Of a stretch of 64,000 nt of DNA, positions 9,378 to 22,313 are shown piece by piece. A model generated the notes under the pieces. It worked only from the letters and a program-made list of their open reading frames with translations, did not search any database and was not told where the DNA came from. Source of the stretch: Utricularia gibba (taxonomy: Eukaryota; Plantae; Magnoliophyta); assembly GCA_002189035.1 (NCBI GenBank), contig NEEC01000002.1, positions 1,922,001 to 1,986,000 on the forward strand, given 5' to 3'. A program made the position numbers and the translations under genes. Position 1 is the first letter of the stretch, and every line of letters starts with the position of its first letter.

Positions 9378-12300
9378 ATGGACTCCGCTACGCAATATCC
9401 CTCTCCACCGGAAAACTACCGTAGGACGGCGGCGCTTGGCCATGCCCACGTTATTCCAGATGAAATCTTGTGTACGATATTGGCTAAACTCGCACCTCGC
9501 GATGTCGCTCGTCTATCTTGTGTCAGCAGGTCCCTTTCTTGATTGCCTATTGGAAATGAAATTGACTCAAATCCCTTTCCGTTAGTGATTGTTCTTTTTA
9601 TTTTCTGCGTGTAGCGTGATGTATGTGCTATGCAACGAGGAACCACTATGGATGAGTTTGTGCCTAAGCATCATCAATCGTCCCCTGGAGTATATGGGGT
9701 CGTGGAAAAGGACAACCTTGCATCAGTATGGTTGCTTTAGTTAGATTATTCTGATCATGTTCTGTTGGCTTGATTCGTTAAACCTTCGAAAGATCCTAGC
9801 CTACTTATTCATTAAATTTCTTGGATTCCAGACTAGGCTTTCTAGAGAAATATGATGAGACGCACAAAAGGACTTTATACTTTGAAGGTATTGAATTTCG
9901 TCTTCAAGATTCTTCGTCTTCTGAATTTTAGTCGAGGATCACTTTCTTACCAATGTCATGCAGGGTTTAGTTCATTATTTCTCTATAGGAGGTTATACCG
10001 ATGTCATACATCATTGAGTGGGTTTTCATTTGACGATGGAAATGTTAGGAGAAGGGACAGGCTTTCGGTTGAAGAGTTTGACAACGAATATGATGGTAAA
10101 TGCCCGGTAAGCCATTGAAATCAATTGCGCAAGTCTATTTTTCTTTTACGTCATCGTTGTAGATACCTCAAGTAATTCATATACTCTTATCATTGCCTAT
10201 ATTTATTGGATTGTGATTTTTATTTTTCTCACCTTCAATGATCAAGCATGCCTGTTGATCAAGCTATTATAATTTATAACACTACATATAACCTCAAGTA
10301 ATTCATATACTCTTATCATTGCCTACATTTATGGATTGTGATTTTTGTTTTTCTCACCTTCAATGATCAAGCATGCCTGGTGATCAAGCTATTATAATTT
10401 ATAACACTACGTATTCTTTTACAGGTTTTGATAAACGGATTGGCTGACAGCTGGGCTGCTAGTAAAACATGGACCTGTAAACAACTTTTACTCAAGTATC
10501 CAGAAACAAAATTCCGGATCTCACAAAGGAGTCCAAAGAAGTTAAACATGAAGTTCAAGGACTATGTACACTACATGCAAGTACAACGTGATGAAGATCC
10601 TTTGTACATATTTGATGACAAGGTGTGATTACCTGTTTTAATTTCATGTTGAAGGTTCAATCTTTTAGGCTTACGATCTTTCTGATAATGTAGTTTGGGG
10701 AATCTGCACCAGACTTGCTGAAGGATTACGCCGTTCCCAATTTATTTCAAGAAGATTATTTCAATGTACTGGACATAGATCAACGGCCTCCTTTTAGATG
10801 GCTTATAATTGGCCCAGAAAGATCTGGGGCATCGTGGCATGTGGATCCAGGCTTGACAAGTGCATGGAATACTCTTCTCTGTGGTCGCAAGCGGTAAGAT
10901 TAGATTTAAATATTAATTGTTGGCTTTAGGGCAACCAACATGTTAAATGTTAAATTGCACTGTTGTTGATAGAGGTTTATTTGGAAGTTGGGTCTTTCAA
11001 GATCATGGTTTTAATGTACGAGAGGAGAAAAGTTTTAATTTGTCAATTTGGACCACAAAGTATTAGTCAAAATTGTATCACTTATTTTGGATACAAATTT
11101 TCCCTACAAACTCATGTTTTTTTTTCATACCATCCTAAAGTTCTTCATAATGATGCTTTAAAAAAAGTCCGTCATAATACTATCCCTCAGTTGCACACTC
11201 TCAGTTTCTTAACATATAGCATCATTTCTTGGACAGATGGGCATTGTATCCCCAGGACGTGTTCCTCTAGGTGTGACAGTACATGTTAATGAAGATGACG
11301 GTGATGTTGATATTGAAACCCCATCATCGCTGCAGGTACTTAGTTGCACATAGCCATTTGCAATAACTGAAAAGAGTTCTTGGATTTCATGTCCTCTAAC
11401 CTCCAATTATGTTTTTCCTACATTCATTTTCTAGTGGTGGCTGGATTTTTATCCACTTCTTTCTGAAAGGGATAAGCCTATCGAGTGCACCCAACTTCCA
11501 GGCGAGACAATATATGTTCCAAGTGGATGGTGGCACTGTGTATTAAATTTGGAGACAAGCATAGCTGTGACACAAAATTATGTTAATTCGAGAAACTTTG
11601 AATTTGTATGTTTAGACATGGCTCCAGGGTATCAACATAAAGGCATATCCCGTGCTGGGCTCCTTGCTCTTGATGGAGACCTAAAAATTTCTGAAAATAC
11701 TACGGTATGTGCCTCAAGACTCCCTGCAAGGGAAAATAGGGTAACAATACACAGGTCTCCGGAGGATATGACCCAAGCCAACAACAACACAGTGGGTTTG
11801 GAATATTCTTATGATATAAACTTCCTTGCTATGTTTCTTGATAAAGAAAGAGATCATTACACATTTCCATGGAGCCCCGGTAACTGCATAGGACAACGTG
11901 AAATGCGGGACTGGTTATCTAAACTTTGGGTGAGAAGACCTGAACTTAAGGATCTTGTGTGGAAGGTATCTCATCACTTCCCCTGATTCACCTGTGTTGG
12001 ATGCTTTGGTATTTCACAGAAACACTATTTCCTATTAGTTTTATAGCATGAAATGGAATATTGTCTGATCTTATTAAATGAATCCTGATTTGATTTGCTA
12101 TAACTTAAATTTATTTTCATGTGGCATTGCATGCATACTTCATAGTTGATTTCAATTTCTTCACATTTAACTTTAGGGAGCATGTCTTGCCCTCAATGTT
12201 GAAAAATGGTGTGAAATTGCTGGAGAAATTTGTTCTTTTCATGGCCTCTCCTATCCTCTGGATGATGAGAAACTTCCGGTTGGCACTGGCAGCAATCCTG

Positions 12301-14291
12301 TAAGTTTTATTCTCCTCCACATGCATTCATAAAATATTGTTTTAATGTCTTTTGTGTGTCAAGGAATCTAAAAAGAAAACAATGTTTTGGACAGGTTTTC
12401 CTAGTAGGTGATTATGTGATTAAAATATTTGCTGAAGGAGGGCTAGAAAATTCTCTTTTTGGCCTTGGCACCGAGGTATTATTTTCTTGAAAGCTCCTGT
12501 AATGCTGCTTAACTTTCCCATTATTAACCCTTGAATGTTTTCTCCGCTACCAGCTTGAGTTCCACAATCTGCTTAATAATTCAAAGTCCTCCTTGAAAAA
12601 TTGCGTTCCTTCTATCTTGGCAAGTGGTATTGTCCATTTTGAGATTGGATCATACAGAATATTTCCCTGGGATGGAAAAGGTGTACCTGAAGGAATTTTT
12701 AGCAAGCTCACCTCGATGAGCAGTTGCAAAGATGGTGACATTGATCACCCGTTTGGTGTGTGGGGGAAAAAACTGTTTGAATACCGAAATTCTGGAAAGA
12801 TATCACACACTTTAGGGGATAGTGAAAGCAATTTGATGTGGCCGTACCTAGTGACAAGAAGATGCACTGGAAAAATATTTGCTAATGTGTAAGCAATTTT
12901 TTGTCCTGGTAGTACAATTATGTTCTGTCTCAGATCATTTGATTGCATTCTCAGCTGGATTTCGCTTTTTTTCATATGCAGAAGAAACACTCTTTCGCGT
13001 GAAAATCTACTTGCTCTGGCTTCATTTTTGGGAGAACAAGTTCATAACCTTCATGCTTTGCCTTTGCCGAAGCCACCTGTAAATTACTGCTTACTTGGTA
13101 GAGATACCATACAGCATTCTATTGGCAATGGTCACCTAAAGTGCGAGGAAAATGAGGTTGACTATCGGGCTTGTAGGGAAGTATTTGTCAGCATTCTTAA
13201 TCGGAGAAGGGAATATGTGACACGCCGTTTGACTGAATGGTTAGGTTTAGGTTCTCTTATTTATTCTTTTTCTCATTGCTTGGCCCTTACTATCAACTTC
13301 CCTTACACTCGCTTGATAATTAATAAAGTTGGTAGGACTAATCATGATAGATGGAAAATGTGAGAAGAAGACTGCTTGTTGTTGAACAAAAGAAGTTGCT
13401 TATGTTCTTGGAATCGTTCAGTTTTGCAGACATTAGTAATCTTTTTTTTTTAACATTTTTCAGGGGCGAACCAATTCCTCACGAATTGATCAAGAAAGTC
13501 GACGAATATCTTCCCATTAACTTAGCTTCACTTTTTCAGGTAATTACTGATTCTGCACAAATATCGTTTTAAAGTGTGTTAAGGTTCATCGTTGTTTCAT
13601 CTTTGCTAATGCAGGGCGATAGTGAGGTTCTCAAACCCTTTACTTGGATACACTCTGATATTATGGATGATAACATCTACATGGAACCATGTTGCTCCTC
13701 TGCTTTTTTAGCAGAAGATGGTTCCGATCCTGATCTGGCAACTGACAAGGAGATTAGGTTCAAAAGCTGCAGAAGGCAAAAGCATTCATGGAATCCCAGC
13801 TATATCCTGGACTTCAGCGATTTGTCAATCGGTGATTTTCCTCTGCCCACGCTTTGCTTTCAAAAACCATGCTTCTCCGCCACCGTGGTCTAATCTAAAT
13901 ATGTTATTTAAATGTGAACTCATGCAGGGGATCCACTTCTTGACTTGATTCCTATCTACATTGACGTCTTCCGTGGTGATTCTGGTCTCTTGGAACAGTT
14001 CCTTGACAGTTACAGAGTTCCAGTTGAAACAAACCATCATATTAAGCCTCACACGTCGACTCGACCCTCATACCGGGCAATGTGAGCTGAGCCACCTTCA
14101 CCCATCTCCATCTCTTGCATTTTGACTAAATGGGCTGTCATTTTTCATTTCGTCATAGGTGTTACTGTATTTTGCATGAGGAGAACCTTCTAGGGGCCAT
14201 TTTCAGCCTATGGAAAGAACTGAGGAACGCATCATCTTGGCAGGACGTTGAGGACAAACTATGGGGTGATCTGAACAAATATTCACTATGA
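9378..14291 (+). CDS. JMJ21: F-box + JmjC + APH/kinase-like domain protein (JMJ21/At1g78280-like); one apparent frameshift at 11250-11253
   Basis: ATG 9378 ([32 protein letters not shown]-box). JmjC motifs [13 protein letters not shown] and [13 protein letters not shown]-terminal [10 protein letters not shown] and ILDFSDL. Last exon [13 protein letters not shown], stop at 14291. Many GT-AG introns. Confidence 0.92.
10165..10410 (+). repeat. Intronic tandem duplication, 2 copies, period 126 bp, slightly diverged
   Basis: acctcaagtaattcatatactcttatc... starts at 10165 and 10291; a few substitutions and indels distinguish the copies. Confidence 0.92.
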
Positions 14292-14626
14292 CCAGTGTAC
14301 TATTTTAACCTCTGTGTGTTCACCATTGTTCTGTTGCATGATAATTACTATGGAGATGAGCCATTGACTGTAAACTGAACATCGTGTTTTCAGAGTTGTT
14401 TATATTCTAACTTGAAAAAAAAGGAGACATCCCCCTCTTTATCACTTCACAGTTGACACCATGAAGATCATCAAAGAGGGTGGGTGGGATTAGTGGCCCG
14501 CCGCTTTCACGTCATTGAATGCAGTAGTAGACTGTGCGTATAAGTGAGGGAGGGCTCCTCCCATTCCCATTCCCCTCAGAGAAGCAGCAATTCCCTCCCC
14601 TGGTAGCAGCAGCAGCAGCAACAACA

Positions 14627-15087
14627 ATGCTCCTTTTTCTCCTGTTGTGTGCTCTGTTTGCATCCTCCGCCGCCTCTCAGGCTCCGGCATCCTCCCCCAA
14701 AGTTGCGCCGACCGCAGCTCCTCTGCCCCACCACCCCGTAGCTTCTCCCGTCTCTCCGCCACCCAGCCACCCAGTAACTTCTTCCCCGTCGCTCCACGGC
14801 CAGCTCCACCGCCCAGCCACGCGGGAACCTCTCCCGTGACCCCTGCCTCCCCGCCAGCAGTCGCGACGCCGAAGCAGCCGTCTCCGCCGGTAAACACAAC
14901 GCCTCCGCCCACAGCCTCCCTGCCGCCGCCAGCCTCAGTAGCTGCAGGTGCGAGCAATTCTCCTCCGATCGCGGCCGCACCTGCGAGCCATGCTCATAGC
15001 GCGGCAGCCAGGGGAAGGGGATGGGGATCCAGCGTTGTGCATGTGCTCGTGTTCTGTTGGGGGGTGACGACGCCGATGCTGCTCTAG
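14627..15087 (+). CDS. Classical arabinogalactan protein (signal peptide, Pro/Ala/Ser/Thr-rich body, GPI-type tail); apparent frameshift at 14784-14787
   Basis: MLLFLLLCALFASSAASQAPASSP.. in one frame continues as VAPRPAPPPSHAGTSPVTPASPP..SVVHVLVFCWGVTTPMLL* in another. AP/SP/TP dipeptides throughout; no intron. Confidence 0.85.
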
Positions 15088-16236
15088 AACGAGGCCACGA
15101 CGCGCTGATGTCATCATTATCTCCTCGTTATACACTTGTTTATTACAACTGTAGTAACCACTCCACTGATTGTTGAAATTCTCCTTTTCCATTTTCGCCC
15201 TAACCTTGAAATCCTTGCCTTGGCTTATTACTTACTTATCGTCACATTCACTTAATAACAACATTAAATACTTTTTTATTAAGTGAATACGTGAATGTGA
15301 CCATTAGTAATTTTTCACTTAATAACATTATATTTTGTTATTAAATATTTAGAGGTCGATGGAAAATAGTAAAATTAAATTAGTTAAAAAAAAATTATAT
15401 TGAAGATTGCTCTTTAGGTAAATAATAATGTAATTTTCCCGAATTCAAAAACATGTATTATTTTAAAAAATATGAATAATTTTAATTATATTTTCTTAGA
15501 ATTCTTTTTTGATAAATAATACACTATTAAACCAAAGGTTAGAAAACATATGATTTTTAGATTCGATTTAATAATTTTTATAAAAAAAGTAAAAAAATTC
15601 TAAATTTCAGAAATATTAGATTATATATGACTAATTTTTTTTTTACAATATATTTTTAGAAGACATTAAAATTTTAATCCATATTTAAAAAAAAGGTCAA
15701 TTCAAAATCTTTAATAGAAACTCAATTTTGGCATATCTATTCTGATAGTTCCAGCGGAGACCAAGTGGTTACCCATTTCGTCTTCCATTTTAGGGTATCA
15801 TGGCATCAATTCTTTCGACGTCGCCATTAAAATCCAGAATGGAATTCACGGCGAGGGGTCACCGTCGGTGGAATTCAAATTTATTCCCCATCCCCAACAT
15901 CACGATCTGAATTTACACTCGGCCACCACACAAGGAATGTAGAGTCGGTCATCGTGCCGTCTCGCCATCAGGCCCTCCGTGTCTGCATTCTGTTGTTGTT
16001 TCTATTTGGGTTTCACCTACGCCGCTCCCATCCCATTGCCGGCTTCTTTTTCGGGATGACAGTCATTGTATGACGGTGGAGGTCTGTGTTTGGAAATCAC
16101 CGGACACCGTATCTGAATCCGGGAAGCAGAATAAACTGAACCTGGACCAGTGGATCGATACTGGTAATAGTAAAAGAAAACAATTTTAGCAGATGGGTTG
16201 TGGCTAAAGAGATAGATAGATGTGACGTCAATCCCA

Positions 16237-16620
16237 TTAACGTCTCCGATTAAGCGAGCGTAGCAGTCCCTGGACCTTCAACTTAACTGCGTGAAAACGA
16301 AGCAAAAAGGGAATCACAAAGGTGACGCCCAACGCCTCCGTGAAAAAAAGCGCTTTTAATAGTGAGGGGCCGGAGCGGTTGCTGGAGAAACGAGGGGTAG
16401 TACTCGTCGGCGGGGCGTTCCCGGTGGTGGGATGGGGTGGTCGACGAACCTCATTCCTCGGGTGCAATGACCCGGGACGCCGCTGCGGATGAAGTAGTGG
16501 GTGGTTATGGAGTTGCCCAGGTTGCGCGCACTGTAATGAGTAGTCAATCCTTGGTCGGCGTACTCGAACACTCCGGCGCCCCTAGTCCCATGCTATGCTT
16601 AATGAAGCTGATGAAATGAT
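16237..16620 (-). pseudogene. Possible degenerate phytocyanin/ENODL-like gene
   Basis: HYFIRSGVPGHCTRGMRF at 16452-16499 resembles the phytocyanin YFIxGxxGHCxxGM motif. It is preceded by VFEY and followed by a Pro-rich linker and, in another frame, a hydrophobic tail. No intact N-terminal half. Confidence 0.35.
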
Positions 16621-16979
16621 GATGCATCCATATACAGAGACTGCTCACTGGCCCTCAATCTCATTCCAGTCCCTTCCTTAATCATCTAGTGGTGGCAGGT
16701 TCTCAGATCCCACAGTCTGTGCTGTGTCATTGAATTAGGTTTACTTCAAATATATCAAGTATGGAGACTGGGAGATATGCCTCCACACACCGGTTTTTGT
16801 TCTGCAATTAGGCACACCGGATTTTGTGGGAGGATCTAACAATTTCACGGGATCCAGTCCGGTGTGCTTCTTTATTAAGGTTTTCACGGGGAAAAAAAAA
16901 AGAGTTGTAGTGGCGATTAGGCAATTAGGGAGCCCTAGCGCAGCAGCCACAGACGAGATAAGCTGCTCTAAGAAGGTTA

Positions 16980-18805
16980 ATGGCCGGCGCGCTGTCCATA
17001 ACATTTTGTTGTTTACGTTTGAAGTCAGACTCCGACCTCCGGAAGCCTCCCCAATTGATCCCACCCTTCGCTGTTTCTAACTCGGCAGTGGCTACCATGG
17101 CGGTGGTCCCCAAGGTTGGGATCTCTGAAACATTTTCCAGATTGAAGCAACAGGGGAAAGTAAGTGGCCATTCCTTTGGGTTTCTCAAGGGTTTTTATTC
17201 AATCTTGGCGATATAAGTTCGCCATCATTTCGAAATCCTAAGGAAACCAGTCGCTGCTCATTTTGATGCAAGGTGGCGCTCATTCCGTATATCACAGCCG
17301 GTGATCCTGATCTCTCAATCACCGCAGAAGCTCTGAAAGTCCTCAGTGATTGTGGCTCAGACATTATAGAATTAGGCGTCCCGTATTCGGACCCTTTAGC
17401 GGATGGCCCTGTCATCCAGGTCTAAATTTCTTTGAACTTTCTTTCATTCGCCGCTGAAAAAATTCCGGAGTTCCGTATTCATGTTTGAATTCTTGATATC
17501 AATCCATTTTCGTGTATTGATTTCACAGGCTGCTGCTACCCGTTCCCTCTCCAGAGGAACCAATTTCGATAAAATCATTGCCATGTTGAAGGAGGTATGT
17601 ATTTGCTGCATTCTCCCTTTCATGAAGAATGGGATTATGGATTTACCTCTTTGTCTTGGACACCCTTGTTTGTCTTCCTTTGAAGATGTTATTGTTAATT
17701 TTTCTACCGGATGATATATACACTCTATATTGTGACTCTTTGAATATTTAGACTTGTAATAGCCATTTTTTATTGTTTTTGATTGCCTTTCTTTCATGTG
17801 ACGCACAGATTACACCCCAAATATCATGCCCAATTGCATTATTCTCGTATTACAACCCCATACTTAAGCGTGGGCCGGAGAAGTTCATGGCCACACTAAG
17901 AGAGACTGGAATTCATGGTATTTGTTTCTAAAAGTATCAAGTTTCCAAATTTTGACCACAAAGTTATCTGTCCGTTTGAACATTTTGTTAAATCCTGAAG
18001 CTCATGATGTTACCGAATCCTGACAAGGGTTCTTGTTTTTCCAGGACTTGTAGTTCCAGACGTCCCTCTTGAAGAGACTGAGATTTTAAGAAATGAAGCA
18101 GTGAATAATCACATTGAACTGGTATTCGTCTTCAATTGCATCTGATATATCAATGCATCTGCCTTCTGCTGAACATATTTTGGTCTATTTTAGGTCCTTC
18201 TTACAACACCAACCACTCCAACTGCACGAATGAGAGCTATAGTTGAAGCTTCTCAAGGATTCGTGTACCTTGTAAGATTGTTATACCTTTCTAGATGCTC
18301 CTGCACGCATTTGAGATATAAGACATTGCCACAACAAGTGTCTCCTATGATGTTGACTTCTTACATTGTCACAGGTGAGCACTGTTGGAGTGACGGGTGC
18401 CAGGGCGTCTGTCAGTGAAAACGTGAAATCTCTGATTCAGGAAATTAAGCAGGTCCTGTTCTATGATCTTCACCCTCAACTGGATCCAATTGCATGTGTT
18501 ATCCAGCCCCTAACGAGTATAACCTCTAACGCTTCCAACAGGAGACAAACAAGGCAGTGGCTGTGGGCTTTGGCATCTCTAAACCCGAACATGTGAAACA
18601 GGTAAATGGTATTCCAAATCAACTACTAATATGAAGTTGGTTCACAGTGTTTGCATATATGTCCTTGAAGATTGCCCGATGGGGCGCCGATGGAGTCATC
18701 GTTGGTAGCGCCATGGTGAAGATACTCGGCGAAGCCAAGTCCGGCGAACAAGGCCTGAAGCAGCTGCGGATGTTCACTGAGAGCTTAAAAGCAGAGCTGG
18801 TATAG
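16980..18805 (+). CDS. TSA1: Tryptophan synthase alpha chain, plastid-targeted
   Basis: Transit peptide, then [60 protein letters not shown] and [12 protein letters not shown]. Nine exons in phase; TAG at 18803-18805. Confidence 0.97.
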
Positions 18806-19780
18806 AGCTCAGGGCATGAGCTCTTCATTCACAATGCCTGGTAATAAACAAAAAGGAAGGAAGCAGGTGGGGGGGTATCAGTTTCACTTTTAGCACTTCA
18901 TGGTGCCGATTCTCTTAGCGGTCTTTGTCTAGAGCGCTTTTCAATCGGTGATCTGTCTCCATTTTCGTTTGGATCTGGAGAGACTTTTCTAGAGAAATAA
19001 GGCTCTGTTCGCTACAGACTACAGCATCACATGTGCACACTGTTCAGCATTCAGCATTCCATTGAAATATTAATAAGTTTAGAATATTAAAATAAAAAAG
19101 GAGATCATGTGAAAAAAACGATTAAATAGGAGTTTAGTAGAATATCAAAGCTAAAGTTTGATATATAGGACAAAATTATTATTTTTTAATTTCTGTATAA
19201 CTATTAATCCAATAAAAGTTAAGAGCAGGATTTTGTTGTGCCAGCTTCTCTAAATTCCAAGGTGTGGCGTCAGCAAGAGGAAAAGATATTCCAAGCGTGC
19301 CGCTGCTGTTCTCCACTTTCCTCGATTGCACTTTTGTTTCTTGTAGGGTTTCGTGTGGGTGGATTGGATTTGTCCACCGGCACCCAGTTAGTGGCGGAGG
19401 AGGGTTGGGGAATGAGTTGCTCTGGGGAGTAATGATGGATGCCATAATGCCCAACTGAAAAACACCGTTGGTAATTAAAAGGGGGCAATGCAAATATAAA
19501 AATGTGTTGCTGGTTGCAGAATCACATCTTGAGGCGCTGGCATTAGGTGGTGGTCCTGGTCCTCCCCTGTTTACCGTTAAGCTCCTCAGCTTAGCAGTCC
19601 GCATCACCTAAACCACTCGGTACCTAACAATCATGAAGTTCACACTCATAAATTGCTGCTCTGGATCTATGGGATTTTGAATGAACTCGCCTTCATTCTG
19701 AATCTCGATTTGCATTACTTATTACTGACAATTTCTTTATTGGTGGAAGATTTAGAGGGGTTTCTTTGTACTGAAGCTCA

Positions 19781-22313
19781 ATGGTGGGCTTCTGGATGTG
19801 GACTTGTGCTTTGCTGCTGTTGAGCAAATGGGGTGTTGCAAGTCTACCAGTCGACGAATTGTTTCGTGGGAACAGCTCAAATTTGGAAACTATGTCTCTT
19901 ATGGAGTCTATGTTTGGAGTGTCTGCTGCAGCTGCTCCGCCAAATGCGCTCTTGGTTGGTCTCACTCTTATTCAAGGCGCTGGTGCTAAAGGGGCTGGTA
20001 CTCTTTCGCTTTCCTTTTCTATTTGCGTTCTAGATTCGATCTACCTCTCCTTATTTTATGCAGTTTTGATGAAATGTATCGCGCCTGTTGGCTGTTTTTT
20101 GTACCTTGTGGTCCGCTTCTTATCTTCTACTATGTTAATCTACCTAAATCGGGTGAACTATCGTCACATCGATGAAATTGGTTACATCAAAGTCACTTCC
20201 TGGACAACATATTGTTGATGGTGATGCTATTTTTTTTTTTTTTCCACTGATGTGCATCTTCCTCTGGGGCTAATCTTTTTGGTCACAGCATGAAAATTTC
20301 GACTGACAAATCACTCTCCAGATTTTGTTTGATGTTTTCTTTTCTGATCGAGGCTGAGATTTCTCATAATATGTTTATTCACCTTGATTACTGTATAACA
20401 TTCTTAGTTTGCTTGGACGGAACATTGCCTGGTTATCACTTGCATCGTGGGTACGGAAGTGGAGGAAATAGTTGGCTCATACAATTAGAGGTTTGGAAAA
20501 AATGTATTCCTTTGATTAATTGTTCTTGGCTTTCTTCTTTGCTGATTAAAAAAAAAGTTCTTGGCTTTCCGTAGACTCGCTTTCTGGTTATCTGAAATTA
20601 TTCTTAAGAACTTCAGATACATCCTATATAAACTGTTCGTATACAGGGAGGAGGATGGTGCAACAATCTTAGGTCCTGCATTTTCCGAAAAACAACTCAT
20701 CGTGGATCATCAAATTATTTTGAGAAAGTAATTCCTTTTACAGGGATACTCAGCAACAAGGCTGAAGAGAATCCAGGTTCAAACTTTAGAAAATTTTTTC
20801 AAATCGTAAAAAAAAAAGCTTGACTACCATGTATCTTCACTCTATTTCATTTACATATTCAGATTTTTTCAATTGGAATAGAGTGAAGATACGTTATTGT
20901 GATGGTGCTTCTTTTGCGGGGGATAGTGAGAATAAGGTTTGCACTCTAATGTTCATTTCATTTTCTTCTACCTAACCATGGTCTTCCATAATCATTGTTC
21001 TTTTGCAGGCTGCTGGTTTGCAGTTTAGAGGGCAACGAATATGGGAAGCTGCAATGGAGGAACTCATGAGGATCGGGATGCGCAACGCTAACCAAGTATA
21101 AGCCATTGCAATTTACAGTTGGTTTTATCAGATTGTAGTAAGAGTATCATTGTTGTTATGGTATTCATTGCTTTCAGGCCCTTCTATCTGGTTGCTCTGC
21201 CGGTGGTCTAGCTTCCATACTGCACTGTGATGAGTTTCGTAGCTTATTTCCTGGTAACACAAGAGTCAAGTGCTTGAGTGATGCTGGGCTGTTTCTGGAT
21301 GCGTAAGCATCAAATTTCACTTGACACACAAATTTACAACTCGCCTGAAGACCTGGGACTAATTGTTTCATTTCTGGCAGTGTTGATGTGTCTGGCCAAC
21401 GGAGTCTTCGCAATTTCTTTAACGGGGTTGTGAGCTTGCAGGTACTCATTCACTGAGAAAAAAACAAGAACTGTTCAACTTGTGTTGGTCCTGTTGTCTT
21501 CTATCCCTGATGAATAACTTGAACTCTAACAGGGTGTTGCAAGGACCCTACCAACATCCTGCACCAGTCGTCTGGATGCAACTTCGGTAACTATCGGTGT
21601 CATTTACATTGGTGGCTAGACTGCAAATCAATTTAGAGTTCCATTGTTTTTTTGGTGGCAGTGTTTCTTCCCCAGAATTTGATTGGCAGCATCAGAACTC
21701 CCCTCTTCATTCTCAATGCTGCCTATGATTCATGGCAGGTATGTAAGAACCACAGTGATCCAGTTGCGCATGTAGAATAGCAGTAACATATGTATCTTTC
21801 CATTGCTGTAGCTACAAGAAAGCTTGGCACCCCGAATGCCGATCCTCGTGGGTATTGGCGAGGGTGCAAGCTGAACAATGCACGGTGCTCAACATCGCAG
21901 ATCCAGTTTCTGCAAGGTGCTGATCAATCTACATGTACACATGAGACACAGTTGATGGAGATGATGTGTATTCTGTGGTTCGGTTGCAGGGTTCAGAAAC
22001 AGCATGGTGAATGCGGTCAGGGGTTTTTCATTCTCGAGGCAGAACGGACTCTTCATAAATTCGTGCTTCGCCCACTGCCAGTCGGAGCGGCAAGACACTT
22101 GGTTTGCTGATAATTCTCCGACCCTCGGAAACAAGGCATGTCTCCCTCTCTCTGTCTCTTTTAGCTGCTGCTTCCATGACCTCCGACCAACCTTGGGCTT
22201 TTCAGGCGGTGGCGATCGCCGTGGGGGACTGGTACTTGGATCGTGCGCTGGTGAAGGCGATCGACTGCGCTTACCCGTGCGACAACACGTGCCATAATCT
22301 GGTATTCGGTTAG
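19781..22313 (+). CDS. PAE: Pectin acetylesterase; apparent frameshift at 21670-21673
   Basis: Signal peptide, then [24 protein letters not shown], catalytic [33 protein letters not shown] and [14 protein letters not shown]. Confidence 0.94.
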
